Positions 39,701-51,783 are shown, counted from the first letter of the stretch. The stretch is DNA of 64,000 nucleotides from Ascidiella aspersa (GCA_963924565.1 OZ004615.1:20894001-20958000); one strand, 5' to 3'. Notes: generated by a model not told the origin, from the letters alone. Program-made: numbers and translations.

Positions 39701-42700
39701 CAGGGCGACGTTGAAAACACGATTTTCTCGTGCGCACGTAAAACCGCCTTTGATTCCGCTTGTCAGGTTCAGGTCTTGGGCCTTTATTGCGAGCAAGCGT
39801 TTCCTCTGCGATTCCGCGAAGCGGTGCAGGCCAAATCATAGAGGCCGGGCGAAATTACAGCTCGGCAAATTTTTTGCCCGGACTCTTGACGTCAGAACGG
39901 TCGCAACGCGAGATTTTCACATGGCGTTGACATCCAGAAGTCGACAGGTCCAGGCCTATACAAGACGGGTCGAACAGCACTTGGACAATACATGAGTGGG
40001 CGGCCGTGATTAGCCGCTGTTTTTTCGCAAGTGTTCCAGCTCGCTTTTTAATGAGCGCGTGGCTTCGACAGGCGGCCGCTTCAAATTGGGGCTTCTTAGC
40101 CGCGCTGGGCCTAATGCCAGGCCGCGTACATATGCGTCGGGCGTATGTTGACAACCGGTGCTTAAGGCTGAAGGCCGCCGCTCTTGGATTGCGGGCATTC
40201 CACGGCGGAGTTCGCGCGACTTGAAAGAGATGATTGCGACCCGCGCGGCGTGTCATTATGCCGACATAATGCGTCGCTGTCAAGTTCTCCGCCGCACGCC
40301 AAAGACGAAAACCGAGCCGACTGTTTCGGCACCGGTTTGAGGCGGATTCGTCTGGTTCCGGTCCTCGTACATCTGCAACATGCGTCTTTGTCGTCGTTTC
40401 ATGAACAGCACCTGGCGCGGGGGACGGCGGGCGTTTGATTTATGCCCGTAATGGAGTGTTGGGCGTCTCGCCTGTCCGATATCTACGACAGCTCGCACCT
40501 GCGGAGTCAAGCCATCCATCACCTGCTGCTAGTGCTGGTGGTGCTTGCTGTTGTTGGTACTGGGGGGTCATATAGACATAAAACGATATGACTATTTTCA
40601 GTACGTTTCGTTTTCGCGCAGGCTGCACACAGGGATTCTATTTCCAATCGATCTTCCTGGAAAACTTGTCTTGCGGCTACCTCATCACGTTTTTCGGGGT
40701 TTACTGTTATTGTAAACGCCCATGTTGATGGGTTAAGGTGGTTGGCAGTGATGTAATTAGCATTTGTTTGCGACCAACCTCTTGTAAGCAATATCAAGTC
40801 TAACAATATTTTAATAAATGGTCGTATGAAGTTAAGTTTAAGTTACAGCTATAGTTATCAACTTTTTACCTGGCCGTTCTCTTTTATTTCTTTAAAATAA
40901 TAGAGTACCCGATCAACTTTTAAGGGAGGGTTTTTTAAACACCCTGCAATATTTCACACACATGAAAATCAGAAGTCATACAAACCACTTACTTCCAAAA
41001 TCTTCTAAAAGCTTTATTATCATTAACCCGGAATGAGATGGATGTGCTGCGAATTATATAATTTACTACTCAAAGATTTTAAAATATGTTGAATTGAGCC
41101 CAGTTTAAGAACCACTGACTTAGGTAATGAGCATCAACGTGTTTGTTTCTCCTTCAAACGCACAATAAAAAAAAAAAACTATTTAATGAAATCTAATTAT
41201 TCCATGTGAGGTAATTTTTCTAAACGAGTTGAATCAAGTCTTTTGGAAACAGTAACTCAAGGGCGCCAAGCTCTATGTATAGCTATATCATTGTTGAAAA
41301 CATCAATATTGTAAATGTTATCGACGCATCTCTTAATGGTTATTTCGGTTTTAACCTTTTACAGTTGGTTTACCTATCCTAGTTTAACCTTTTTATAAGA
41401 ACGAGGTGTCGGCTTTCTATTCCACGCATTACACAACGCACCAAGCCCTGTAAATAGACTGACTTTCATGTAATTAGATTTTCGGTTATGGATGGGAGGG
41501 GCATTAAAATATGAAAACCTCAGATCTATGAGTTCAGAAGATTAGCCGCAATTAAATTGCCAGCTAATCATTACAGGCGAGGCAGGTGGTCAATTACCAG
41601 TATTCCACAAATTCACAATGTTTGTATAATTGTCGAAACCGGAGGTAGTTTACGACTGTTTCAAATATTTGGTTTCATCAGCTGCTGAATCCAATTATGA
41701 AACCGGCGTTTTCAAGCTCATTTTGACTGTGCAGTATAGATGGCCTCTTAAATTGCAGCTTTTTAAATTGTTAGCAAACATAGTTTGGAAATCCTGGTTA
41801 GTTTTCGTTTTTTACGAGATGAAAATTGTCAAACAATGGGTACTTTTAAAATTTTAGTTGGAAAAAAAATTCTCCTGCACAACACTATATTTGTCAAAAG
41901 ATTGTCTTCTATAAATTGCCACGTTTTTTCTATGAGCGCTTTTCAGATAAATAAAACGATTTGAAGTAATACGAACATAGGAAACGTCATGTCTCATTCT
42001 TTGAAAGGAATTGGTCGTTGAGAGCAATACAGCAAATTAGCGGCCCGGGTCACTTTGCTCAAAAGAAGGTAATTTCCGCAATCGAAAAGTCAGCCAGGGG
42101 CCAAGCAGTTTGCCAACGGCAGAAAGGCAATCGCGACAGTACAGCGCTTGAAACATGTAAATCACCTGAAGGCACTTTTGTTTTACATTAAACGGGCCAA
42201 GAAGTGCCCGGTGTAATTTCCAAGTCATCAGTCAGGGCACATTTTTGCAATTCGACTACATCAATCACGCCGACAAAACGCCAAACAGCTAGGAAGGGCG
42301 GCAATTGCACATTAAAAAAACATGAACCAATTTAGGCGTAGTAGTAATATCATGGTTCATATAAAAGTTCAATGAATGATACACATATATATGTGTTAAA
42401 CAACTGTGATCTAGCCCTTTGGAAGCTGCTTTTTGACCAACGAATGCGACTTAAAGTATCACAAGTATACCGAAACTCCGAAAGACATAGGAGACTTTAG
42501 TTGTTTTTCTAGCCTGCCTTGCTTGCATCATCGATCGACAGATTCGGTGAGTCTGCGATGACTTTTTTGTACCAATATAAAATAGTTAAAAACATGCTGG
42601 AAATGAACAAAGATATATTCAAAACTTTCAAAAGTTACCTTTTCTGGACTTTGATATTCCTAGCTACTATACGTCAGCTGAAATGAACTAATTTAAATCC

Positions 42701-44715
42701 CGCGCATAGCGTGTGTGATGTGGCGGAGCAGATATTAGTTTAAGTCATATGAAAATTACTTCATCATGAGCTGTTTTGTCTCTGCGGTACTCTCTCGTCG
42801 CGCCGGTCCTGGACTGGCCACAATAAATTGCACGTTAATTATGGATGAGCGTTTGACAGGAGCTGCTATAAGCTTACCGAGCAATATTCGCGAATTTACA
42901 AGGGGCCCTAAAACGAAATTAACAGCGAACGCAGCCTGACTGGCAGCTATATTCGCTGTATAGTCACACGGTTTGCGGTGTATGCAACTGCTGTTCCGCG
43001 CGGTCGACTGAAAAGTAAATTGCAAAATTGCGACCTTGGAGAAGCAAAAAGAGCCTTGCGCACATGTCACGGACCTATTTGTTCGCCCAGTGTATTAACC
43101 GCCTGGAGGTCCGCAAAGGCCCGGTCTTTGGCATTCAAATTTAAGCCCTGGAATAACAGCGGCGGTGTCATCCAATATCGCAGGCCGCTCGCCGACTAGC
43201 TGTCGCAGAAATATTGCATTACTGACCCAGCGAGCGTTATTGAATTATGTAAGCGGCACGCGTCTGCCACTCGCATATGCGTTTCTGTTTTATGCCTTGA
43301 AAGTGTATTTCTTGTGCTATTTGTTGTAAAGGTCGAACGGCGTTCTTGTATGTTTAAAACCGCGGTTTCACAGAAACGACGACTTTTCGTTTACAAAGCG
43401 CGCTTTCTAAGAACGACGATTTAGGCCCACCGAAAATAAAAATAAAAAGCGGCCTGTATAAACAGCGGCGCACTTACGCGCGATTTAATCGATTTATGCG
43501 CACCGATAAAAAAATTACCGATATAAACAGCGGCCTTTTTGTGGCCGATTTAATCCGGAAGAAACGGAGCGGCCACGTTGTATAAGACGGATAGGCGCGA
43601 AGATGAATTGCCCAAACTGCTGCACATGTAGGCTACACCTCGCGTTTTTGGTCAGCCTTTAAACCGTTTACCGACGCTGAAGCATTATGATTGATAATTT
43701 GTTGACGCGCCGTCGTCGGGCGTTGTTAATTAAATTCCTTCGAGCGGCCGTTTTTCGCCGTTGAAGGGCCGCGTGGGCAGGCCAAACGGGTACGATATAA
43801 TGTATTTTTAACCGGTCCTGCCTCGCACAAAAGGCCCACACATTCGCAAAAGTCGTGTAGAGCCTTGTTTGTCGGACAACGTGTATTTCACTGCACTCGC
43901 CTCGAAGATAAGCGACCTCGGCCGCGCATTGATTCCAATTCGTTACGCTTGGCAACCGCACCGCCACGACTTTCCCGACGTTTTAATCCTCACAGCCTAA
44001 AATCGCGACTTGCACGCGTGTCAGACTGATAGGATGGCGTTTTAATCCTGTAAAACACCCGCCATTTGCTTGAGAGTTTTGCGTAGACGCGTTCTATATT
44101 TTTAAACGCCAGCTTAAATATTTCGGCGATATTTTATTCACCTTTTTTTTTAGAATGTGCAATATTTTTTGAAACGATTTTGTAATTTTTATTTGGTTTG
44201 ATGTAAATCGTGGCCTTTTTATAATATTCTATGTCGTGTTTAGAATATTTGTAGGTTCTCTATTTTATTCCACTGTTTGCACGGTAATTTAATTTACACA
44301 CATTTTATATTCCCTTAAATCAATTTTGTTATTATACTTTTTGAAAGCCTAAAAGAAATCACATTGCCTTTCGAATTAAGCCAGGTTTGACATTATGGTT
44401 TAATTTCGTGCAAATAATCCTTTTTTATCGATTAGTGGGTTCAGCGGGATTATTTTCTTTTCCATTTGCAATTTCTTGTCTAATAGTTTGTAATATTTCT
44501 TTGCTTCTTGTCGTTTGAAATAGCTGTCGTGATTTTAAACACGTTACCGCGGTGTTAAAATGTGAAAATGGGCGCTAAAATAGTGGAATTGAAGTAAATT
44601 TTGTTTATACGTTGACAAATATTGCCTGCTGTTTTACTACCTTTTAGCATCGCTATTCAAAGTCTAAATATTATTTTTGTAGAAGTAAATACAGGTTAAA
44701 TAAAAACCGAGAGGC

Positions 44716-44721
44716 TTTATT
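44716..44721 (-). terminator. Candidate distal polyadenylation signal (AATAAA) of the NET gene
   Basis: AATAAA on the minus strand followed by U-rich sequence (ggtttttatttaacctgtattt). Implies a ~1.9 kb 3'UTR. Nearer AATAAA hexamers exist at 46473-46478, 46272-46277 and 45271-45276. Confidence 0.4.
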
Positions 44722-44799
44722 TCGCTCAAAACCATACAACGCGTTGCGTATAACACACAAATTTTCAAGACAAATCTACCAGCGACCATGTTTTAAAAT

Positions 44800-44818
44800 T
44801 AAGGCACACGCGAACGCT
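44800..44818 (-). promoter_or_regulatory. Putative miR-124 target site in the extended 3'UTR
   Basis: Minus strand AGCGTTCGCGTGTGCCTTA: 8mer seed match GTGCCTTA plus 3' pairing to UAAGGCACGCGGUGAAUGCC with three G:U pairs and one bulge. Confidence 0.45.
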
Positions 44819-44931
44819 TTTAAATAATTTAACTAAAACTTTTTTGTGTGATTATATTAACTTTATTTTTAACTTTAATAACATCAAAGATGTGCAATGA
44901 CAAATCCTGACAAATACTTGGTTTCAAGCCA

Positions 44932-45050
44932 TATTTAGTCCTGTTGGAACACGGTTGTGCGAAAGCTTGTTGAGAATTCAATACAATAAGTCTTTATATA
45001 TAGTGCCATTAACCTATTTAGAATTGGACAAATACGGCCATTCACAAAGA
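44932..45050 (+). repeat. Repeat family C copy
   Basis: gaaagcttgttgagaattcaatacaa...gacaaatacggccatt is shared with the 23850-23940 copy. Confidence 0.7.
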
Positions 45051-45830
45051 TTGGTTTAAATAGCATTTAACACCAATGTGAAAATAGTTACCCGCATAAA
45101 ATTATTTTTAAAACGTCGGCTTTCCATTTTACGTATCTCTCTAAAGAGCTTCACCGCCCACGGGTCTATGATTACGCTTTGGTATTTTTCCTTACTAATA
45201 TAGATCGTTATATTGGCCACCCCGTGGTTTCGAAGCGTTTGTTTGAAATGGCGTTTTGGTCAATGGACCTTTTATTACGTAACAGCGAAAAATGCAGTTC
45301 TCATTTAGCGGCTTAAGCCTGTAATAGGGCTGACAAGCCAAGGATATTAATTTGTCTAATATCAGATTTTTGTGGTCGCCTGTTTTTCGACTGGTCCAAA
45401 CACCAAGGTAGCTTGTGTTTATCAATGAAAAGGAATATTTCGGCGATTTTATTTTTCACGTCATGTTTACCTACTGATTCATACCTTCACTAAATCAATA
45501 AGATGGAAATAAAAATCACTTTCATCCTTTCGCGCCATTACCTAACTAAAACTAATCTGGGTAACATTTACGCCCATGACCAAACTTTTCCATTAGCAAT
45601 GAATTTTAGTGTAGAAATAAATTATAATTATTTGGAATACTTTAAACAGTAATAACGGGTGTTCGTCGAACATCATAGTTTTTGGTCAGTAAGTTCTGCA
45701 ATGTTAGAAGAAATAAATTATAGTGTTCAAAAGGTGATTAAAATACTTTTAATGGATCCATGTACAATTCTGATTTTAAGTTATTCTTGATTTAATTAAC
45801 AAGTTTCTGCTTAAGTTAACGCGAAATGAG

Positions 45831-45935
45831 CAGTGTTGTAATGACTAGTTTTATGGCCGAACTTAGTTGTCTTGATAAAAATCATTAGATTAACGACTTG
45901 ACTTGGAATTACGTCATTTAAAAAAAAAGTCTTGT
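45831..45935 (-). mobile_element. AAGTC-rich MITE fragment
   Basis: Family terminus cagtgttgtaatgact followed by gacttgacttgg. Confidence 0.6.
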
Positions 45936-46568
45936 CTGTTTTTGTACTACTTAATAGTCGCCTTGCTTATCTTGTATAGTAACTATACTTTAAATAAAGT
46001 TCAATAAATGGCTTGTTTGTAATAAGAACAATGTAAATAACTGAATAATGTTAAACAAGCTTTTTTTCTTTAGATTTTTTGTATTGGCGAGAAATGTTCA
46101 AAAGAAAACAACATGATGTCACAATGAGCAGGTCTGTTACGTAACAATAGACGAAAAAGAATAAGAAATGGAAAATAACATCGGCCTTGTATACATCTCT
46201 CTTATGCACAAACGACCAAAGAAATAAAATAATAGTAATCAATAACATAACATAACCAGTAACGTGACATTTTTATTAGCACACTTTCTTCTACCACCAT
46301 TTTGAAGCATAAAACAATACGAATTTTTTTAATCCAGAACACATTGATCTGTCTAAAAGTTAGTGAAAATTCTATTATTATTATTTTACTCATCTCTGCT
46401 GCTGTAAAAACATTACGTTGTAATGCAATGCAAGGTAACAGCAAAATTCGTGGAACTTTCACATTTCGATTGTTTATTTTCACGTTCGATTGACAAAGTG
46501 ACGATTTGCAATGAGACAGGCCTTACACCCAGAAAGTAACAAAACTCTTAAGCTCTTAACGATAGCAC

Positions 46569-47897
46569 TCAAGGGTACGAGAAACCGCTAGCAGCTGCCC
46601 CGAGCCTCTGTCCGTAAAAGGCGAAGGGTGAACAGTAGGGTCCAGCCCCGGCAGCCGCGATGGGGATCGAAGGGACCCCGGAAAGCTGCCCCAGCATGCT
46701 GGACGCCTTGTAGGGGTGGTAGCGTCCAAGGGGGCTGCTACTGCGTGCTAGAAAGCCGGAGCCGGTGGTGTTAGCGGCCGGCGGCGAAACAGCAGCCAGG
46801 GCTGCTGCTTGCTGCGAAAGGTAGGCTGCGTAAGGGTTTGTCGACAGCTTGTCCAAACCGTTTAGAAGGAAGTTACCAACGCCTGAAGCGGCGCTAACCG
46901 ACGGGACTGCGTGCGTGCGCAAGTGATTGGAGAGCTCTTCGGCGGTGGCGAACCGCTTACCGCAGCTGCCGGAGCCCACGTTCACCCAGTTGCAGATATG
47001 CGGCACCGGGTCTAGGCCGCCGCTGCGTGCTGCCGCAGCCATCACCATCTGCGCGTAGTAAGTGCTGGCCGGGTTGGCGAACGGGTAGAAGGGCAGGCCG
47101 TGCGTGGACTTAAGCCCTTCGAAGCACGAGCTACCAGCCACATGCGGGCCTTGGCAGCCTACGCAGAACGGATCGTAAAGGGAAAGCATCGGGTTGCTGT
47201 GCTGGTGCTGCTGGTGCGGTGAGGTGCTGGACGACGACGTGTGGCGTGCCGAGTCGCACACAGAAGAGGTGGTGAGCGGACAGCCGCAGTTGCTTCCACT
47301 GCTGCTGTGAGTGCTGCTGCTGCAGTACGGCTTGCCTGAGATTGGCGAAAGGGCGGGCGGTGTTTTCTGCTGGCGGAACGCGTCAGCTGCTGGATGATTG
47401 CCGCCCAGGTGCTTGGAGTTCTCGTCGACTGACGAAGTGTGCCTGCGTTTACTCTCACTGGGACGATGCTTAGCCTCAGAGCGCTTGGCTTCGCGGTGTT
47501 GCTGATGCTTAACCTCCATTCTCGCCTCCGCGGATAAAGAGGGCTTAATCTCGGGCGAGGCTCTCATCTTCTTGGCAGGCGAGCCGGATGACTGGGGGGA
47601 CTTTTCGCGCTTGACCGCCTGGAACCCACCTCGGCCCCCAGACGCCGACAGGGTCGGGGAGACGGGGGACCCCCGCCTGGGTGAAGACTGACCCAGGGGT
47701 GGCGACCTGCTGCTTGTAGACATGGGCGGCTTGTGTAGGGTCACGCTGGTTGGCGATCGCTTCGGGTCCGGAGTTTGCTGGCCGGGGAAAATCTTCGACT
47801 GACCACTGGTCATCTTGGACCCGCTGGTCGACGGTGATTCCTTGCCGATGGCGCTGCAAGTCTGGGCCAGGAGGGCCAGTGGGCTGTTTTTGGCGTC
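46569..47897 (-). CDS. ZNF503/ZNF703: NET-family zinc-finger co-repressor (ZNF503/ZNF703, Nlz, NocA/Elbow homologue), coding exon 2 of 2
   Basis: The ORF extends upstream of the listed ATG (47813) to an acceptor ttttttcag-like site (AG at 47898-47899), opening with DAKNSPLALLAQTCSAIGK (Sp motif). It also carries a Btd-box-like YDPFCVGC (47154-47177), a single C2H2 finger CNWVNVGSGSCGKRFATAEELSNHLRTH (46911-46994), RYHPY (46710-46724) and a C-terminal PFAFYGQRLG, all NET-family hallmarks. 1329 nt = 443 codons including TGA. Confidence 0.97.
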   Translation of the reverse strand, partial: DAKNSPLALLAQTCSAIGKESPSTSGSKMTSGQSKIFPGQQTPDPKRSPTSVTLHKPPMSTSSRSPPLGQSSPRRGSPVSPTLSASGGRGGFQAVKREKSPQSSGSPAKKMRASPEIKPSLSAEARMEVKHQQHREAKRSEAKHRPSESKRRHTSSVDENSKHLGGNHPAADAFRQQKTPPALSPISGKPYCSSSTHSSSGSNCGCPLTTSSVCDSARHTSSSSTSPHQQHQHSNPMLSLYDPFCVGCQGPHVAGSSCFEGLKSTHGLPFYPFANPASTYYAQMVMAAAARSGGLDPVPHICNWVNVGSGSCGKRFATAEELSNHLRTHAVPSVSAASGVGNFLLNGLDKLSTNPYAAYLSQQAAALAAVSPPAANTTGSGFLARSSSPLGRYHPYKASSMLGQLSGVPSIPIAAAGAGPYCSPFAFYGQRLGAAASGFSYP

Positions 47898-48000
47898 CTG
47901 AAAAATACCAAAGCAAAGTTTTAAATTTTGTTCAGGGGATATTAGGCTGATATCAAGATTTACCAGTATTAATCAGGGTTCGATTTGTACCAAGTAAAAT

Positions 48001-48150
48001 TTCGGAGCATATGGTTGGGTGTTGTAGTAAGACGTAATAAGAAGACAAAGTCCATACAGAAGTAGGTTCAAATGAATAAAGAGCTATTCGAAACGTTCAA
48101 AATGCTACGTACTTCTCTATGGGTTTTAAAATTCTTATTACGTCTTACAA
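48001..48150. mobile_element. Shorter copy of the foldback family, in the intron
   Basis: ggagcatatggttgggtgttgtagtaagacgtaataagaa...ccatacagaagtagg ... tacttctctatggg...ttcttattacgtcttac; matches the 35586 element. Confidence 0.72.
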
Positions 48151-51100
48151 AGTAAAATGTTTTAATTATTATAATATGTAAATTGTATGGCTTACTAGAG
48201 TGCAAAGAATTCGGTTATTTCTCTCGATTCATGATTTGCGGCACATTTAACAAGTGAAGTGCTAATAAAAAATCAAAGGGTACGCTTTAAAGGTTTTCGG
48301 GCTGTAGCCCTTAATTCAGCCAATATATCTCCATTCATCATCCGTAATCCGTGCGTCAAATCAAGTCGCAAATAGAATCAAACGAAACCCGTCTCAATAT
48401 CTTCTCTATTTACGCCGGGCAATTATATACCGGGCGTTATTGAGGCCGCACAAAGGCCTGGATGGCGGAAGGCGAATTACCGACAGGCGCATAATGAACG
48501 CCGACGCGTATATCGCAGAAGGAAATTTAGTTTCAAACGGCGCGAGGCAGTTGAAAGGGTCGGGAGAGCGGTTTAATGGCCGTTTCATCATCGCAACAGT
48601 CCTTATTGCCAGAGCGTCGCGGCTCTTTATTAGTGTATTTTTACGACTGGCACGAAAAGCGCATCCGCCGCCGACGATCCAAGGGTTTATGCGCGCGAGG
48701 CCCTTAATTTTTCGCTCTTATCCATTACGACGGGTTGTTAACGGGGCGGACAGCTGTTCGCGGCGCGCCGGTCAATAATTGCCGCGTGATTCTCAATGGC
48801 GCAGGGCTGGGGCAGCAGGTTTTCAAGAAGTGCCAGGCCTTTGTGACGGCGAGGAAATCGGTCATCGGACATCAAACGCGCCTTTTCAGTCGCGGAATCC
48901 GATCGAGAGCCGCCAGCCCCAGCGCGCGTGAAAGGGATTCAATAAACGCGACGACATAAAACCCGCGGCAGGTGTAAAGGAAATTTACATTCGCGACCGG
49001 CGCGCGCCTTCAAAGACGCCGCCGCGTTGATTGACGCTTTATGGCTTGGCGGGCTTAAGGCGATAAAATTCGGGGCCCGTCGTAAATTTCCAAAAAGCGC
49101 GCGGCCCTGCCTCGCCATTGACGTACGGGGCACAGCGAGCGGCGGTCATTACGTAAGGCAAACAGGCCCGCTGCCAAATATCTCTGACAAATCACCCTTC
49201 CCCCTTTAGCCCGTGACACAAAAAGATCCGAGATCAAAGCGCCTTTGTGAGGTAACAATAGACGTCGCGACTGATAGAGGCCGCGCTCGTCAAATTTTGT
49301 CACGGCCGCCGTGACGCGAGTGAAAAGAGATTCACTCGGCGTTTTCCAAAGCCCCGTCGTGTTTTTCCCCTCTTTTTTTGCGCCGGAAACTCCAACGGAG
49401 AAATTCCAATTACCTTTTACCGCCCCCCTAGTTTTCAAAGCCAAGGCAGAGCGCCTACAGTAATTTCCGTTCAGGCTTCGGCTTTTCGCGAAAAGCGACG
49501 TGACATTTTGGTGCTTTGCTCACGGGATGGAGACCAGCATATGCGATGGCTTTCCCGCAACGCTTTAGCTAAGAAATTTAAGCTGAGATTACCACCGACC
49601 TCCTGACTGAACTGTGCTGTCACACGAACATAGGTAACCTACTGATGCTGATTTATCAGGTTGGTATCAATAACTCGGCAACCACAAATTGTTGATGTTG
49701 TGTCGCTGCAGCGTTGGAGAGTATTTTGCCCTATCTTACCTAAGAGCGGAATAGCTTTTTCCACTGGCCGCGCGGGCGACAATGTCAAGCGACGATTGAA
49801 GTCGTAACACGACACCCCGTCGCGCGTATAACCTCGTCGACGATCGGCATTTCAGGGCGCACAAGGCACAATGAATCGGCGCGCGAGCCCCATGCTGATT
49901 TGATTGACGGGCGTAATGACGAAAGGCATCAGAGCGCAGCTCAACGGGGCGCAAAGCAACGCGCGTAAACTGAACAAATGAAGCGAGGCGTGATCTCGCG
50001 TGGACCACGGAGGTTTGGCATACTTCTAAACAACCACCCAGGTCAGTCCAGTGGGTCGCCGGAATACGCTTTCAATCGCTATAGGGCGGCTTTTTGACTG
50101 TTCTGTTTTTTCGAGATTTGTGTAAGCTCGCCGGGGTGGAAAGGGCGTTATGCCTGGCTGCGCCCACGTCACCGGTAATTGTCCAAACCTGTATTGTTTG
50201 TTTGTGTGTATGTGTTTGGTGTTTCATATACCCCTGTACCACCTCAGCACAGCTGCTATTTACCTTGAAAAAATCAGGGGAATATTTAAACAAAATCTTT
50301 AGTGAAATATATAAGTGGACAAAATAAAGCATTGCTGAAGCACAATGCCATTACAAGCTCCCCCGCCCAAAAAAAAACAAAAAACGATGAAAGGTATTCT
50401 TGCGCTGTTTCTATTCAATTTCCTATAAGCAATTTTTATACTGATACAAAGCTTTGCAATAGATTAAGGTTTCAAAAACACCCTTTCAAATCTACTCGGA
50501 TAGTTCGCTTGGATTTAAAAAGAGAATGTTGTGAGAATGACGGCGGCGGCGAAGTATTCACAACCGCGGGTCCTGTATATTTGTCCGTAGCCGAAGATTA
50601 ACGCTTCTCAGTCGTTATGTCACTCACTGGAGCCCAAGTCACCGTAAATCGGGCATCGTGCGAAACGTTCTCTCGGTTGCGCGTCCAAGCAACGATTTAC
50701 GATGTTCAGCAGTCAAGCCTACATAGGCGCAGTTAATTGCTGAAGGCGTCCCGGTTATTCGATTTTTTTCGCGACGCCATTTGCGAGGCAATTTAAGTTG
50801 GCGAATAGCGATTTTCGACTTAAAAAAGCAGACGTCGCCTGATGGCTATGCCTGGCCTCAGATTGCGAAATTGTTATCGACAACTTCCAACGTCGGGTCG
50901 AGCCTTTTTCTTCACTAAACAATGGCGGACAAGGGGCGACGACTGGTGCTGTCACGAGGCTTGACGCTCCAAAGATTTCGGGATTAAGTCGCTGACGGAC
51001 GGCGACGCAAAGTCGTGCAATAGACGGACGGGAAGACACTTTGAGCTTGGGTCACGCCGGAAAAATATTTGCGCCCGAGAGTGGGATTTAATTTGACGCC

Positions 51101-51690
51101 AAATGGAAACCGGGCCGAACCCAAACAACGGTACAATCGACGCGGTTATTTGCTGCTGAAGCTGTAGGCGCGTTTATCGTGTTTAAAAATAGGCGACTGT
51201 GTTTTTTCGCGACCGGTTAAAGCGCCGTCAAAGGCTTTGGGCAAGGCCAAAAATAATCCTAGCGTTGATGTGCACAGTCAGCGTGGCTGAGGTCCAAAAA
51301 TGTATGCCTGGATATAAAACTGTCGGCACCTTTCGTTCGCCGCTAATAACTTTTGCTAGGAAACGCCAGTGGGAAATTGGGCGTCTTTATTATTTTGCTG
51401 ACGTACGTACGACCGGTTATGAGGTCGTATTGACCGACGTCGTACGCTCGTGATAGCACATTTGACGACCCAAGGCGCAGCCCAGAAACCAGCTGTCAGC
51501 ACTCGGGTTGTTAAAAGTCAAATATGCATGCCGACATCACGATTTATTGATAGCGTTGAAATGTTAGGCTTTAGCGCCTTTGCGACAACTATGGCCTGGA
51601 ATGGTTAAATTAGGGTTTAATCATATTGATGTGATATGCACGCCGATTAAGTCTGCGGTTTGCCAAAATGAAATAATGAACACGTTGTTT

Positions 51691-51783
51691 CTACTTTGAC
51701 CTGATGAAGCATTGTGCGAAAGCTTGTCGAGAATTCAATACAATTTGTCTTTATATAGTGCCACCTGATTACCCTGTTTAAAA
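51691..51783 (+). repeat. Repeat family C copy (intronic)
   Basis: Colinear with 23822-23915 and 44955-45020. Confidence 0.7.

Noticed and set aside
40440-40628. MTPQYQQQQAPPALAA-like peptide with a possible donor site
   Set aside because: Low-complexity CAG/CAC tract with no partner exon or homology.
46569-47813. ORF-track start at M47813 as the true start codon
   Set aside because: The conserved Sp motif lies upstream in frame, behind a splice acceptor; the real start is in exon 1.
47159-47950. Alternative-frame ORFs overlapping exon 2
   Set aside because: Shadow ORFs of a GC-rich coding exon.
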